Assembly: GCA_965262725.1 (NCBI GenBank)
Contig: OZ253555.1
Span: forward strand, 2,464,001-2,528,000
Direction: 5' to 3'
Length of the DNA stretch: 64,000 nucleotides
DNA from: Dehalococcoidia bacterium
Lineage (GTDB): Bacteria; Chloroflexota; Dehalococcoidia; UBA2979
Shown here: one piece after another, positions 50,661 through 60,624 of the stretch
Layout: each line of letters starts with the position of its first letter
Numbering within the stretch: position 1 is the first letter of the stretch
The notes under the pieces: model-generated
The model's database searches: none
Told to the model about the DNA's origin: nothing
What the model saw: the letters and a program-made list of their open reading frames with translations, nothing else
Program-made: the position numbers and the translations under genes

Positions 50661-51139
50661 GCGGGAGCTGGCGGCGCCTCCACGAAGACGAGCGCGGGGC
50701 GGCGATGGTGCTGGTGGCGCTCTGGCTGGTGGCGCTGGTCACCGTCGCTGGCCTCGTCGTCGACGGCGGGATGGTGCTGGCGCAGCGCCGCGCGCTGCAG
50801 AACGTCGCCGACGCGGCGGCCGCGGCCGGCGCGATGCAGCTCGACGAAACCCGCTACCGCGCCTCCGGCGGGTCGGAGGTCGTACTCGATGAGGCCGCGG
50901 CGCACGCGGCGGCCTCCGGCTACCTGGCGGCGGAGGACGGGCTCGCCTACACGGTGACGGCCGGCGAGGCGCGGGTCGCGGTCGATGTCGAGCGCCGGGC
51001 CCCGACCGCCTTCCTGCGCGTGATCGGCATAGGCCACGTGAGCATCCGCGCCCGCGCCTCGGCCGAACCGCGGCACGGGGTCGTGCGGGCGGCGGGTGAG
51101 GCGGCGGGCGACGCGGCGGGCGAGGCGGCGGCGGCGTGA
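50657..51139 (+). CDS. TadG-like pilus assembly protein
   Basis: ERG^AAMV...LVVDGG...LQNVADAAAAAGA. Confidence 0.85.
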   Translation: MSGSWRRLHEDERGAAMVLVALWLVALVTVAGLVVDGGMVLAQRRALQNVADAAAAAGAMQLDETRYRASGGSEVVLDEAAAHAAASGYLAAEDGLAYTVTAGEARVAVDVERRAPTAFLRVIGIGHVSIRARASAEPRHGVVRAAGEAAGDAAGEAAAA

Positions 51140-51738
51140 CCGGCGAGGGCCGCTTCGCGGTGCTCGCCTCGGCCGTGGTCGTGGCCGCGGCGCTCGTGGC
51201 CGTGCTGCTCGCCCTGGGCGGTGGCGACGGCGAGCAGCACGCGGGGGCGCCCGCCGGGGCGGTGCCGGTGGCCGCGGTGCCGCCGGCGCCGAAGGCGCCG
51301 CCGACGACCGCCGTGCCCACGCCCACGCCGGCGCCGGCGCCGGCGCCGGCTCCCTCCGTCGAGGAGAAGGTCGAGGCCGCCTACCTCGCGTACTGGGACG
51401 CCTACGCCCTGGCCGCCCTCTGGCTCGACGCCTCGCTCATGGAGGGCTTCGCCTCGGGGGAGGAGCTGCGGCGGATCCGCGATGAGGTCGCGTTCCTGAG
51501 GGAGAGCGGCGTGGCGCTTCGGGTCGTGGTCGAGCACGACCTGCTCGTCGTCGTGACCTCCCCCGCCTCCGCGGTGGTCGTGGACCAGGTCACGAACAGG
51601 AGCTTCTACGTCGACCCCGTCAGCAAGCAGCCGCCGAGGGCGGAGGGGGGCGGCGAGGAGCTCCGCGACACGGTGTTCATGGAGAAGGAAGGTGAGAGAT
51701 GGATCGCAACCGGCAGCCAGCGGGAAGGCACGCGGTGA
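51136..51738 (+). CDS. Membrane-anchored hypothetical protein of tad locus
   Basis: N-terminal TM, Pro-rich linker, AYLAYW...NTF2-like C-terminus. Translationally coupled to its neighbours. Confidence 0.7.
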   Translation: MTGEGRFAVLASAVVVAAALVAVLLALGGGDGEQHAGAPAGAVPVAAVPPAPKAPPTTAVPTPTPAPAPAPAPSVEEKVEAAYLAYWDAYALAALWLDASLMEGFASGEELRRIRDEVAFLRESGVALRVVVEHDLLVVVTSPASAVVVDQVTNRSFYVDPVSKQPPRAEGGGEELRDTVFMEKEGERWIATGSQREGTR

Positions 51739-52664
51739 TGCACCCGCGCGGAGCGGCCGCCGCGCTGTACCTGTTCGCCCTCATCGTCCTGGGCCTCGCG
51801 TGGGCGGGGGCCGGCACCGCCCACGGGGAGGTCGCGCCGGTTCCCGGCGAGGACGCCCGGCCGATGCCCGACCGGCCCGAGAGCACGGTCGAGATCAGCG
51901 TGGAGTCCGGACCCGACGGCGTGACGATCTATATAGAGAGCGAGACGGTGACTCCCGGGGACCCCGGCACGCCCGGCACCCCGGGCACGCCCGGTACGCC
52001 GGGGTCGGACGACCCTCCGAGCTGCACGGCCGCGCCCGTGAACGTCGGCGACAGCAGCACCGGCTGGGTGGCGGAGGGCATGGAGGCCAACCCCGGCACC
52101 TTCCCCTGGGCGGCGACCTGCGACAACGGCTACTTCGGGATCGCCTGGGTGCCGACGGGAGCGGGCGCGCCCGACGTCGTCGTCGGCGAGCCGCCGATCC
52201 CCCCGGTCGACCCGGAGCTGGTCCGCGCGTCGGCCTTCCGCATCGTCGGGCTGCCGCAGGTGTCGGTCGGCGTGAACCCGAACACGGGCCTCGTCGCGAT
52301 GCCGGCGTGGTTCTGGGTGCGGGGCTACTCGGGCGGGACGCTGAGCGGGTCGAGCGCTCTCGACCGCTCCATGGTGGAGGTCGAGATCACTCCGACGGGC
52401 TACCGCTGGAGCTTCGGCGACGGCGCGTCGCTGTACACGGGCTCGGTCGGGCGGGCGTACCCGGCGGAGAGCGACATCCGGCACAGCTACGGACGCTCCT
52501 CGCTTCAGGCAGGCGGCGCCTTCTCCGTGCGCCTCCAGATCACCTGGAGCGCCCGCTACAGCGAGAACGGCGGCCCCTGGCTGCCGCTCGACCCGATCTC
52601 GCGCACCTACACGCGCTCCTACCCGGTGCAGCAGCTGCAGTCGGTGCTGACGGCTGTCCGCTAG
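51738..52664 (+). CDS. Secreted PKD-like protein of tad locus
   Basis: Signal peptide, (PGT)n linker, GLVAMPAWFW, WSFGDG, HSY. Confidence 0.7.
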   Translation: MHPRGAAAALYLFALIVLGLAWAGAGTAHGEVAPVPGEDARPMPDRPESTVEISVESGPDGVTIYIESETVTPGDPGTPGTPGTPGTPGSDDPPSCTAAPVNVGDSSTGWVAEGMEANPGTFPWAATCDNGYFGIAWVPTGAGAPDVVVGEPPIPPVDPELVRASAFRIVGLPQVSVGVNPNTGLVAMPAWFWVRGYSGGTLSGSSALDRSMVEVEITPTGYRWSFGDGASLYTGSVGRAYPAESDIRHSYGRSSLQAGGAFSVRLQITWSARYSENGGPWLPLDPISRTYTRSYPVQQLQSVLTAVR

Positions 52665-52683
52665 CGGACGGGGAGGGAGTGAG

Positions 52684-55600
52684 GTGGCAGGCGTGGTGAG
52701 GCGGCAGGGGAGCGGGGCAGGCCCCCGGCGGCGCGGGGACGCGGTCGGGACGCTCGCCCTGCTCGCCCTGCTCCTCGGGGGCGCGGCGCTGGGGTACGTG
52801 CTGCGGGAGCTCGCCGGCGGACCGCGGGCGCCGGACGGCGCGCACATCCGCGAGGTGCTCTCGGGCACGGAGCTCGCCGACTCGGACGTGGTGGCCGCCA
52901 CGGCCGCCCTCGCCTGGCTCATGCTCGCGTACCTCGCGCTCAGCGTCGGGCTGCGGCTTGCGCTGCTGCTCGCCGGCCGGCTCAGCGGCGGGGCGCGGTG
53001 GGCGCGCACGGCCCTGCGCCTCAGCAACCTGGTCACGATCCCGGCCGTGCGCCGCCTCGTGGACGGGGGTGTCGGGGGAACGCTGCTCGCGGCGAGCTGG
53101 CTGCCGCTTCCCTCGCACGAGGGGGGCGCGGCCGGCATCGCGTATGCCGCCGCGGCGGCGGCGCCGCCGCCGCTCGTGGCGTGGGTGGACGCTCCGCCGC
53201 CTGCCGCCGAGGCCGCGCCCGAGGCGCCGGCGCCTCCGTGCGTGCTCTACACCGTCGCGCCCGGCGACGACCTGTGGGAGATCGCGCGGCGCTGCTACGG
53301 GGACGGCAGCCGCTTCGTCGAGATCTTCGAGGCGAGCCGCGGCCTGCCGATGGAAGGCGGCGAACGCTTCAGCGACCCGCGGGTCGTCCGGGCCGGCTGG
53401 GTGCTGCGCGTGCCGCTGCCCGCGCTGAACGTCGACGCCGAAGGCGACTCCACGACCTACCGCGTGCGCCGCGGCGACCACCTCTGGGGGATCGCCGAAC
53501 GCTTCCTCGGGGACGGCTTCCGCTGGGTCGAGATCTGGGAGCGCAACAGCGGACGCGAGGTCGACGCAGACTCGCGGCTCACCGACCCGAACCAGATCTA
53601 CCCGGGATGGCTGCTGGAGCTGCCGCTCCGGGACGGCGCGGCGATCCTGCGGGCAGAGGCCCAGGCCCCGGCAGCACCCCCCGCGCCCCTCCCGGTGGAG
53701 AGCGCGGCGCAGCCGGCCTTCGCTGACGCCCCGGATGGCGCAGCCGTCGGCGCCGGCACCGCGGCGTCCGAGGGCGCCGCCGAGGACGCCGACGCAGACG
53801 CCGCGCGCGGCGGTGGCTGGGACTGGGAATGGCCGCGGCTGCCGCGAACGGTCATCTGGAGCGCCGCGGGCTTCGTGGTGATCGGCGGCACGGCCATCTT
53901 CGTGCAGCGGCTGCACCCCGGAAGCCTGCAGCGGCTCCGCCGTGGCGCGGGCCGCGGCGGGGACGGTCCGGGCGACGCCGGCCGCGTGGCGCTCGCCACC
54001 GGGGCGCTCGGGACGGCGCTCGCGGACCTGGGCTTCGCCGACTCGATGCCGCTGCTCGTGATCGAAGGGGGCTCGGGGCTTGAGTTCACGGTGGCGTGCC
54101 CACCCGGTGATGCCGGCGCCCTCCTCGCGGCGCGCCATGACCTCGAGCGCCGCCTCGGCTGCGATGTTGAGGCGGCCGCGGAGGGACCCACGCGCGTCGC
54201 ACTCACGCTGCGTGCGTCCGGGCGGCCTCCGGGCGCGCTCGCCGAGGCACCGTACGCGGCGCCGGCGCTCGTCGTGCCGGTCGGCGCGAACGATGCGGGC
54301 GTCGTCTACCTCAACCTCGCGGCCGTTGGCACCGTGACCGTGACCGGCACGGCCGGGGAGCGGCGAGCACTGCTGCGCTCGTGGGTCGCGACGCTCCAGA
54401 CGACCTGCGCCCCGGACGAGCTCTCATTCCGCGTGGACGCCGCCGCCGCCGGGCTGCTCGATTCCGATGCGGGTCTCCTCTACTTCGGCGGCGCGGCCGG
54501 CGCCCCCGACGCCGCGGACCTGGCGGACGAACTGGATGAGATCATCCAGAGCCGGAGCTCGGGGCATGGCGTGAGGCGGCCACTCGTCGCCGTCTTCGAT
54601 CCGGCCGGGAGCGGTGGGGACGTGCCCGCCGGAGCGATGCGCTACGGGCCGGCGGCCGGGGTCTTCGTGATCTGCTGCCTGCCGCCGGGCGAATCCGCGG
54701 ACGACCTCACGGACTCCGGAGCGCTGGTCGCCTTCGGCGCCGCGGGAGACGGAGCGGACGGGGACGCGGACGCAGTCCCGCCCGGTGCGATCGTCCTGAG
54801 GACCGGCCGGGACGAGCCGCTGCTGCTCGAGCCGGTGCACGTGCGGCGAGATACGTCGGCCAGGTGGAGCGAGAGCGCGGACCCGGCGGCGCCGACAGAG
54901 GTGCTCGGCCGGATGCCCGAGGATCTGCCGCCTCCCCGGGAGCCGGACGCGCGCCCCTCGGCCGACGGACGACCGCGGAGCGGCGACGATCGCGAGGGCA
55001 GCGCCGACGATCTGGGCGCCGCCCTCGCCCACCCGGTCATGCCCCACGACCCGCTCGCCGGGTTCTCAGCGAACGACCCGCTCGCCGGGTTCTCAGCGAA
55101 CGACGGCGGCGGGCAAGAGGCCGTGGCCCGTGCGCCCGTCCGACCAGGCAGCGAGCCCGAGCCGGATCGTTCCGAGCCCGTGGGGCCCGCGGTCGAGCAG
55201 GATGCCGAGTGCGAGGCCACGCGGGTGCGGTCGACCGTCCCCCCGGAGCAGCCCGAAGAGGATGTCTCGCCGCAGGCCGGTGAGGCGCCCGGCGAAGCGA
55301 TTACCTCCGGCGAAACCCCGCGGGACGAAAGCCCGGTGACGCTGCCGGAGCCGCAACCCGTGGCGGCGGCGGACGGCATGAGCCGGCCCGAGCAGGCGAT
55401 CCGTCAGTCGGCGCTGCTCACTCACGCCGACCTCGCCCCGGCGGCGGAAGATGACCCGCCCGCCGCGCAGGCGGTCTTCACGGTGAATTGCCTCGGCCCC
55501 TTCGAGCTGCGGTTCGGAACCACCCCCGTCGCGGGCTGGCCCATAGCGAAGTCCCGCGAACTGCTCGCGTTCCTCGCCACGCAGGGCGGAAGGCCCGTAC

Positions 55601-56241
55601 CGCGCGAGTCGGTCGCGGAGGCGCTGTGGCCGGACTCCCCCTGGGACGCGAGCCTCCGGCACACCATCGCGAATGCCGTGAGCAGCCTGCGGGGAGTCGT
55701 GCGGTCCGCGGCGGGCAGCGACGAGCTGCAGCCGGTCGTGACAGCCCGCCAGCGATACGAGCTCCAGACCGCCCTCTTCCGCATCGACCTCGACGAATTC
55801 GAGTCCGCGCTCAGGCGCGCGGCGGCGCTCACCGACGTGGACGCGCTGGCCGAGTACGAGCGTGCCGCGGCGCTCTGCCGGGGAGATTTCCTCGCGGGAG
55901 AGCCGTTCCCGTGGCTCGATGCCTACCGCGCCGATTACCGCCGGCGAGCGGCCGAAGGGGCGAGCCGCGGCGCGGCGATCGCCGAACGGCTCGGGGAGCG
56001 GGAGCGGGCGGCGCTCCTCTACGGGGTGGTCCTGGAGCAGGATCCGACCGACGAGGCCGCCGCGCGTGGACGGATGCGCCATCTCGCGGCGTTCCGGGAC
56101 ACCAACGGGGTCCGCAAGGTCTTCAAGGCGCTGACCGAGGCGCTGCGGCGGGAGCTGGACGACCCGCGGGCCGCGCCCGCCCACGACACGAGGGAGCTGC
56201 TCGCCGAACTCCTGGCCCGGGAGCCGGGAGCGGTGGTGTGA
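52684..56241 (+). CDS. Membrane protein: 2x LysM, TM, degenerate central domain, C-terminal SARP/BTAD
   Basis: YTVAPGDDLWEIA and YRVRRGDHLWGIA...PNQIYPGW (LysM). CLGPFE...RELLAFL, RGDFL, DPTDE (BTAD). In-frame 27-bp duplication at 55046-55099. Confidence 0.88.
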   Translation: MAGVVRRQGSGAGPRRRGDAVGTLALLALLLGGAALGYVLRELAGGPRAPDGAHIREVLSGTELADSDVVAATAALAWLMLAYLALSVGLRLALLLAGRLSGGARWARTALRLSNLVTIPAVRRLVDGGVGGTLLAASWLPLPSHEGGAAGIAYAAAAAAPPPLVAWVDAPPPAAEAAPEAPAPPCVLYTVAPGDDLWEIARRCYGDGSRFVEIFEASRGLPMEGGERFSDPRVVRAGWVLRVPLPALNVDAEGDSTTYRVRRGDHLWGIAERFLGDGFRWVEIWERNSGREVDADSRLTDPNQIYPGWLLELPLRDGAAILRAEAQAPAAPPAPLPVESAAQPAFADAPDGAAVGAGTAASEGAAEDADADAARGGGWDWEWPRLPRTVIWSAAGFVVIGGTAIFVQRLHPGSLQRLRRGAGRGGDGPGDAGRVALATGALGTALADLGFADSMPLLVIEGGSGLEFTVACPPGDAGALLAARHDLERRLGCDVEAAAEGPTRVALTLRASGRPPGALAEAPYAAPALVVPVGANDAGVVYLNLAAVGTVTVTGTAGERRALLRSWVATLQTTCAPDELSFRVDAAAAGLLDSDAGLLYFGGAAGAPDAADLADELDEIIQSRSSGHGVRRPLVAVFDPAGSGGDVPAGAMRYGPAAGVFVICCLPPGESADDLTDSGALVAFGAAGDGADGDADAVPPGAIVLRTGRDEPLLLEPVHVRRDTSARWSESADPAAPTEVLGRMPEDLPPPREPDARPSADGRPRSGDDREGSADDLGAALAHPVMPHDPLAGFSANDPLAGFSANDGGGQEAVARAPVRPGSEPEPDRSEPVGPAVEQDAECEATRVRSTVPPEQPEEDVSPQAGEAPGEAITSGETPRDESPVTLPEPQPVAAADGMSRPEQAIRQSALLTHADLAPAAEDDPPAAQAVFTVNCLGPFELRFGTTPVAGWPIAKSRELLAFLATQGGRPVPRESVAEALWPDSPWDASLRHTIANAVSSLRGVVRSAAGSDELQPVVTARQRYELQTALFRIDLDEFESALRRAAALTDVDALAEYERAAALCRGDFLAGEPFPWLDAYRADYRRRAAEGASRGAAIAERLGERERAALLYGVVLEQDPTDEAAARGRMRHLAAFRDTNGVRKVFKALTEALRRELDDPRAAPAHDTRELLAELLAREPGAVV

Positions 56242-56795
56242 CGGGTCACCTCGCGGGCGGGCGCCCTGCGTGGCTGATGAGGGCCCGGGAGCCGTGGGCC
56301 GCGTACCCGGTGCTCGCGGGAGCGGCCCTCCTGACCGGGGCGATCCTCGGGATGCGCGGGCGGGAGCCGGCGGAGATCGCCTTGGCGTCGGGCTTCAGTG
56401 CGATCTTCATGGCGCTGGCCTGGTCGGACCTCCGCCGCCGCCTCATCCCGAACCGGATCGTCTACCCGGCGCTGGTCCTGGCGCTCGCCGTCTCCGGCGC
56501 CTGGCCCGACCGCGGGGTGGTCGAGGCGCTCACGGGCGGGCTCGGCGCGCTCACCGTCGCGATCACCATCCGCGGACTGAGCGGGGGTGGACTCGGCGGC
56601 GGGGACGTGAAGATGGCCGCGCTGACGGGAGTGGTCGTTGGCTATCCAGGGGTGCTATCGGCCGGCCTCGTGACCGCGATCGCGGGAGGCGTGACGGCCG
56701 CGATGCTGCTGGTCACCCGGCGAGTCGAACGGGGTGGCCACGTGCCGTACGGGCCGTGCATCGCGCTCGGCGCGGTCGTTGCGTTGCTGGGCTGA
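56238..56795 (+). CDS. Prepilin peptidase (A24, TadV/CpaA-like)
   Basis: SDLRRRLIPN and GGGDVKM aspartate motifs, VPYGP. Confidence 0.88.
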   Translation: MTGHLAGGRPAWLMRAREPWAAYPVLAGAALLTGAILGMRGREPAEIALASGFSAIFMALAWSDLRRRLIPNRIVYPALVLALAVSGAWPDRGVVEALTGGLGALTVAITIRGLSGGGLGGGDVKMAALTGVVVGYPGVLSAGLVTAIAGGVTAAMLLVTRRVERGGHVPYGPCIALGAVVALLG

Positions 56796-56997
56796 GCGCT
56801 CGACGTGGCCGCATGTGCCCCGCCTGTGAAGTCGAGGTGCAGGAGGTCGACGCGTCGGAACTCCTGGGAGAGCCGCGGCAGTTGCTCCGGCTGGCACAGC
56901 TCAAGCACCTGCCCGGCGGCCGGCTACATGGACGACGCGTACATGGCGCGGCGCCGCGGCGCCGCGCTGCACTTCCAGGTGCGGTGCTATCGCCTGC

Positions 56998-57764
56998 GTC
57001 TCAACGAAGGCCGAGGTTCGCACCCCGGCGACACGCGAGTGCGCGGGCTGCGGCCGGGGCACCGTCAACGTCGCTCAACGAAGGCCGGGGTTCGCACCCC
57101 GGCGACACCTCCATCCACGGGATCGTGAGCGCGTCCGTCACGTCCGCTCAACGAAGGCCGGGGTTCGCACCCCGGCGACACATCCCCAGCATCACGCGCG
57201 TACTCCTGCGCGGCAGTGCGCTCAACGAAGGCCGGGGTTCGCACCCCGGCGACACCCTCGCGGAGCAGGGCGCCCGCGCACAGGTCGCAGACCGCTCAAC
57301 GAAGGCCGGGGTTGGCACCCCGGCGACACGGAGCGGAGCGCGCCGACGCGCTCGTTCACGCAGCTCGCTCAACGAAGGCCGGGGTTGGCACCCCGGCGAC
57401 ACCCGCATCCTCCACGCCGGGGAACAGGCGGGCAGCGTCGCTCAACGAAGGCCGGGGTTGGCACCCCGGCGACACCCGGACTCGAACTCGATATCGCCGC
57501 TCTCCCAGACCGCTCAACGAAGGCCGGGGTTGGCACCCCGGCGACACAAGATGATGGCGCGCTTGCCGGCCGCATAGCGCATCGCTCAACGAAGGCCGGG
57601 GTTGGCACCCCGGCGACACCACCACGACTCGGACACGACGTCCTCGGTGGACAGCGCTCAACGAAGGCCGGGGTTGGCACCCCGGCGACACCCAGACGAT
57701 CGGCATCGGCGAGACGCTGCAGGGCACCGCTCAACGAAGGCCGGGGTTGGCACCCCGGCGACAC
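56998..57764 (-). CRISPR. CRISPR array, leader-distal part (11 repeats)
   Basis: 37-bp repeat GTGTCGCCGGGGTGCCAACCCCGGCCTTCGTTGAGCG with 35-37 bp spacers. The four most distal repeats carry a loop variant and the terminal repeat is degenerate. Confidence 0.97.
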
Positions 57765-57859
57765 CTCTAGCAGGGTCGGGAAAAAGGCCCCCTTTGGCGC
57801 GGCCACGGAGCGAATCACCGCCAAGAGGGCGTATGCGGCGTCATTTCGGGGCCGATTCT

Positions 57860-59277
57860 AGTAGCGTCCCAGCAAGTGGTGTCACAGGCGGGGAGACGGT
57901 CTCCGCAGGGGGACCTACTACCGACCACGGTGCCCATGCAGGTGGACGTAAGAGACCACCGCATCATCCTTCACGAAGTTATGACGAACGTGGAGGAGGA
58001 CGACGGTGGTCAGAGAGAGCGTGGACGTGTTGGAACTGCTCCGCAAGCAGGCATCGGGAGCTGACCTCGATTTCCTGCGCGAAGCGGTGGCTGTGCTCGC
58101 CGAGGCGGTCATGGACCAGGAGGTCTCGGCGCAGGTCGGCGCCGGCTACGGTGAGCGCAGCGAGATGCGCACCACCCGGCGCAACGGCTACAGGCAAAGA
58201 CGCTGGGACACGCGGGTGGGCAGCATCGACCTGCAGATCCCGAAGCTCCGCCAGGGGTCCTACTTCCCGGCGCTGCTCGAGCCCCGGCGCCGCTCAGAGC
58301 GCGCCCTGCTAGCCGTCGTCCAGCAGGCGTACGTGGAGGGCGTCTCCACACGCCGCGTCGACGACCTCGTGCGCTCGCTCGGCTGCGAGGGCATCTCCAA
58401 GAGCCAGGTCTCGCGTATCTGCTCGGAGCTCGACACGGTCGTCACAAGTTTCCTCGGCCGGCCCCTGGACTCCGGCCCCTACCGATACCTCTGGCTCGAC
58501 GCGCTCACCCAGCGGGTGCGCGAGGAGGGCCGCATCGCCCAGGTGAGCGTCGTCGTCGCCACCGCGGTCAACGTGGAGGGGAAGCGCGAGGTGCTGGGCA
58601 TCGACGTCGGTACCAGCGAGGACGGGGCCTTCTGGCTGGCATTTCTCCGCGGCCTCGTAGCACGAGGGCTCTCCGGCGTGGAGCTGGTGACCTCCGACGC
58701 CCACCAGGGCCTGAGGGGAGCGATCGCGACCGTCTTCGGCGGCGCCTCCTGGCAGCGCTGCCGTACCCACTTCATGCGGAACCTGCTCACACGCGTGCCG
58801 AAGAGCGCCGAGGCGCTGGTGGCGACGACCGTGCGCACCATCTACCAGCAGCCCTCGGCCTCCGAGGTGCACGCCCAGCACACGCGGGTCGTGGAGCAGC
58901 TCGGTGCGCGCTTCCCGCAGGCCGCGGCGATGCTCGCCGACGCCGCGGAGGAGATCCTGGCGTTCACGGCCTTCCCGGTGGCGCACTGGCGTCAGGTCTG
59001 GTCGAACAACCCCCAGGAGCGCCTCAACAAGGAGATCCGCCGGCGCACCAACGTCGTCGGCATCTTCCCCAACCGCTCAGCGGTCATCCGGCTCATCGGT
59101 GCGGTGCTCTCCGAGCAGCACGACGAGTGGGCCGTGGGGCGGCGCTACATGACGATGATGACGCTGCTCGCCCCGCCGGGGAGTGAGCTCACGCCGGGCA
59201 AGGAGGTGCTGCTGCAGGCTGCCGGCTAAGAACTGATAAGGATGGTGCGCAGTGACACCACTTGCCGGGACGTGACC
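57860..59277 (+). mobile_element. IS256-family element
   Basis: IRs ...CGTCCCAGCAAGTGGTGTCA / TGACACCACTTGCCGGGACG... 8-bp duplication CCGATTCT (57852-57859, 59278-59285). Confidence 0.92.
58006..59229 (+). CDS. IS256-family transposase
   Basis: [55 protein letters not shown]. Confidence 0.95.
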   Translation: MVRESVDVLELLRKQASGADLDFLREAVAVLAEAVMDQEVSAQVGAGYGERSEMRTTRRNGYRQRRWDTRVGSIDLQIPKLRQGSYFPALLEPRRRSERALLAVVQQAYVEGVSTRRVDDLVRSLGCEGISKSQVSRICSELDTVVTSFLGRPLDSGPYRYLWLDALTQRVREEGRIAQVSVVVATAVNVEGKREVLGIDVGTSEDGAFWLAFLRGLVARGLSGVELVTSDAHQGLRGAIATVFGGASWQRCRTHFMRNLLTRVPKSAEALVATTVRTIYQQPSASEVHAQHTRVVEQLGARFPQAAAMLADAAEEILAFTAFPVAHWRQVWSNNPQERLNKEIRRRTNVVGIFPNRSAVIRLIGAVLSEQHDEWAVGRRYMTMMTLLAPPGSELTPGKEVLLQAAG

Positions 59278-59343
59278 CCGATTCTGGCCCCCTCCGGGGC
59301 TCTCTCACCCCGTCCGGGCGCCCCGGGACCTACTCCGGGCGCA

Positions 59344-60420
59344 CTACGCCCGTGACAGCGCGGCGTCGATATTGGCCACGCGCACCAGGTTGTACGCGGC
59401 AGCGCCCATCTCCATCCAGAAACCGTTGACCTGTTCGCCGATGTAGCGGAGCTTGCGCCCGCCCCCCACGGTCTTCAGCCACCCGAAGCTCTCCTCCACC
59501 ATCTTGCGCCGGCGCTGACTCACCTCGTAGCCGGGCGTCTGCGCCACCTCCTCGGGGATGGCGCTGTGCTTCGCTCGCCGTGCCACGTGCGGCACGACCC
59601 CGAGTTCGCACAGCCCCTCCACGAAGTGCTTCGCGTCGTATCCCTTGTCGGCGCCCAGCGTCGCCCCCGGTGTCAGGCTGCGCTCGGCCATGGCCAGCGC
59701 CGCATCCCGCTCCGCCCGCCCGTGCGCCGTCGTGAGCTCGACGTCGACGATGAGCCCGTTGCGGTTCTCCGTCATCACATGCCCGATGTAGCTCGGGCGC
59801 GCCGCCTGCCCGTTCCCCTTCCGGTACAGGTGCGCGCCGGGATCGGTCGTGCTGACGTGGGTGTCCCGGTGCCGGCGCTCGCCGCGGAAGTCGACGTCCG
59901 GATTGCGGCCCGCAGGCTTGTCCCCGTCCTGCTCGTCGCGTGACCGGTAGCTCTTGTGCGACGCCCACGCCTCGAGCTGCGACCCGTCGACCGTGAAGTG
60001 CTCCTCGGACAGCAGGTTCCGCTCCCTCGCCTCCCTCACGACTTCCTCGAAGAACCCCCGGGCGATGTCGCCGTCAAGGAGCCGGGAGCGGTTCTTCGAG
60101 AACGTGGAGCGGTCGAAGGAACCGGGGTCTCCCGGGAGGTCGAGGAACCACTTGAACGCCATGTCGGACCGCAGCCGCTCGCAGAACTGGCTCTCGCTAC
60201 GAATCGAGAAGAAGGCGATGAGGAGTGTCGACTTGAGCAGCGTCTCGGGCGGAATCGACGGTCGCCCGGACTCGCTGTAGAGACCGTCGAAGCGCGGGGA
60301 GAGATTGGCGAGCGCCCGGTCGACGATGGGCTTGATGCGTCGGAGCGGGTGGTCGCTGGGGACGAACATCTCCGGGCAGGTGAGAGTGGCGCGGCCCTGG
60401 TCCTCGCTCTGTCCTCGCAT
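59344..60420 (-). CDS. IS5-family transposase (DUF772 + DDE)
   Basis: VPSDHPLR, GRPSIPPE, FTVDGS, GADKGYD, RRKMVEESFGWLK. Confidence 0.9.
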   Translation of the reverse strand: MRGQSEDQGRATLTCPEMFVPSDHPLRRIKPIVDRALANLSPRFDGLYSESGRPSIPPETLLKSTLLIAFFSIRSESQFCERLRSDMAFKWFLDLPGDPGSFDRSTFSKNRSRLLDGDIARGFFEEVVREARERNLLSEEHFTVDGSQLEAWASHKSYRSRDEQDGDKPAGRNPDVDFRGERRHRDTHVSTTDPGAHLYRKGNGQAARPSYIGHVMTENRNGLIVDVELTTAHGRAERDAALAMAERSLTPGATLGADKGYDAKHFVEGLCELGVVPHVARRAKHSAIPEEVAQTPGYEVSQRRRKMVEESFGWLKTVGGGRKLRYIGEQVNGFWMEMGAAAYNLVRVANIDAALSRA

Positions 60421-60624
60421 CGATATCCTCCCTCGTGGGGGTCCCTCTTGTATGATCGTTAGTATACTCGTCTTATCAGTTACAGTCGACCACTACCTGG
60501 GGCTTCTGACAGCTACCGGGGGCGTTTGTTGCACCCGCGGGGCACCGCCGGCCATGCTCCGGGCACCCAGGGAGAAAATCACAACCCTGCTAGGGTCCGT
60601 GCCGGTCAAGTGCCGACGGTCGGG

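Larger units (their letters stand above)
57771..60589 (-). mobile_element. IS5/IS1182-type element inserted in a CRISPR spacer, carrying nested IS256
   Basis: Ends CAGGGT... / ...ACCCTG flanked by duplicated CTAG (57767-57770, 60590-60593). Removal restores a 37-nt spacer. Confidence 0.88.

Noticed and set aside
56805-56997. Small ORFs between prepilin peptidase and CRISPR
   Set aside because: No RBS or recognisable motif, and they run into the degenerate terminal repeat.
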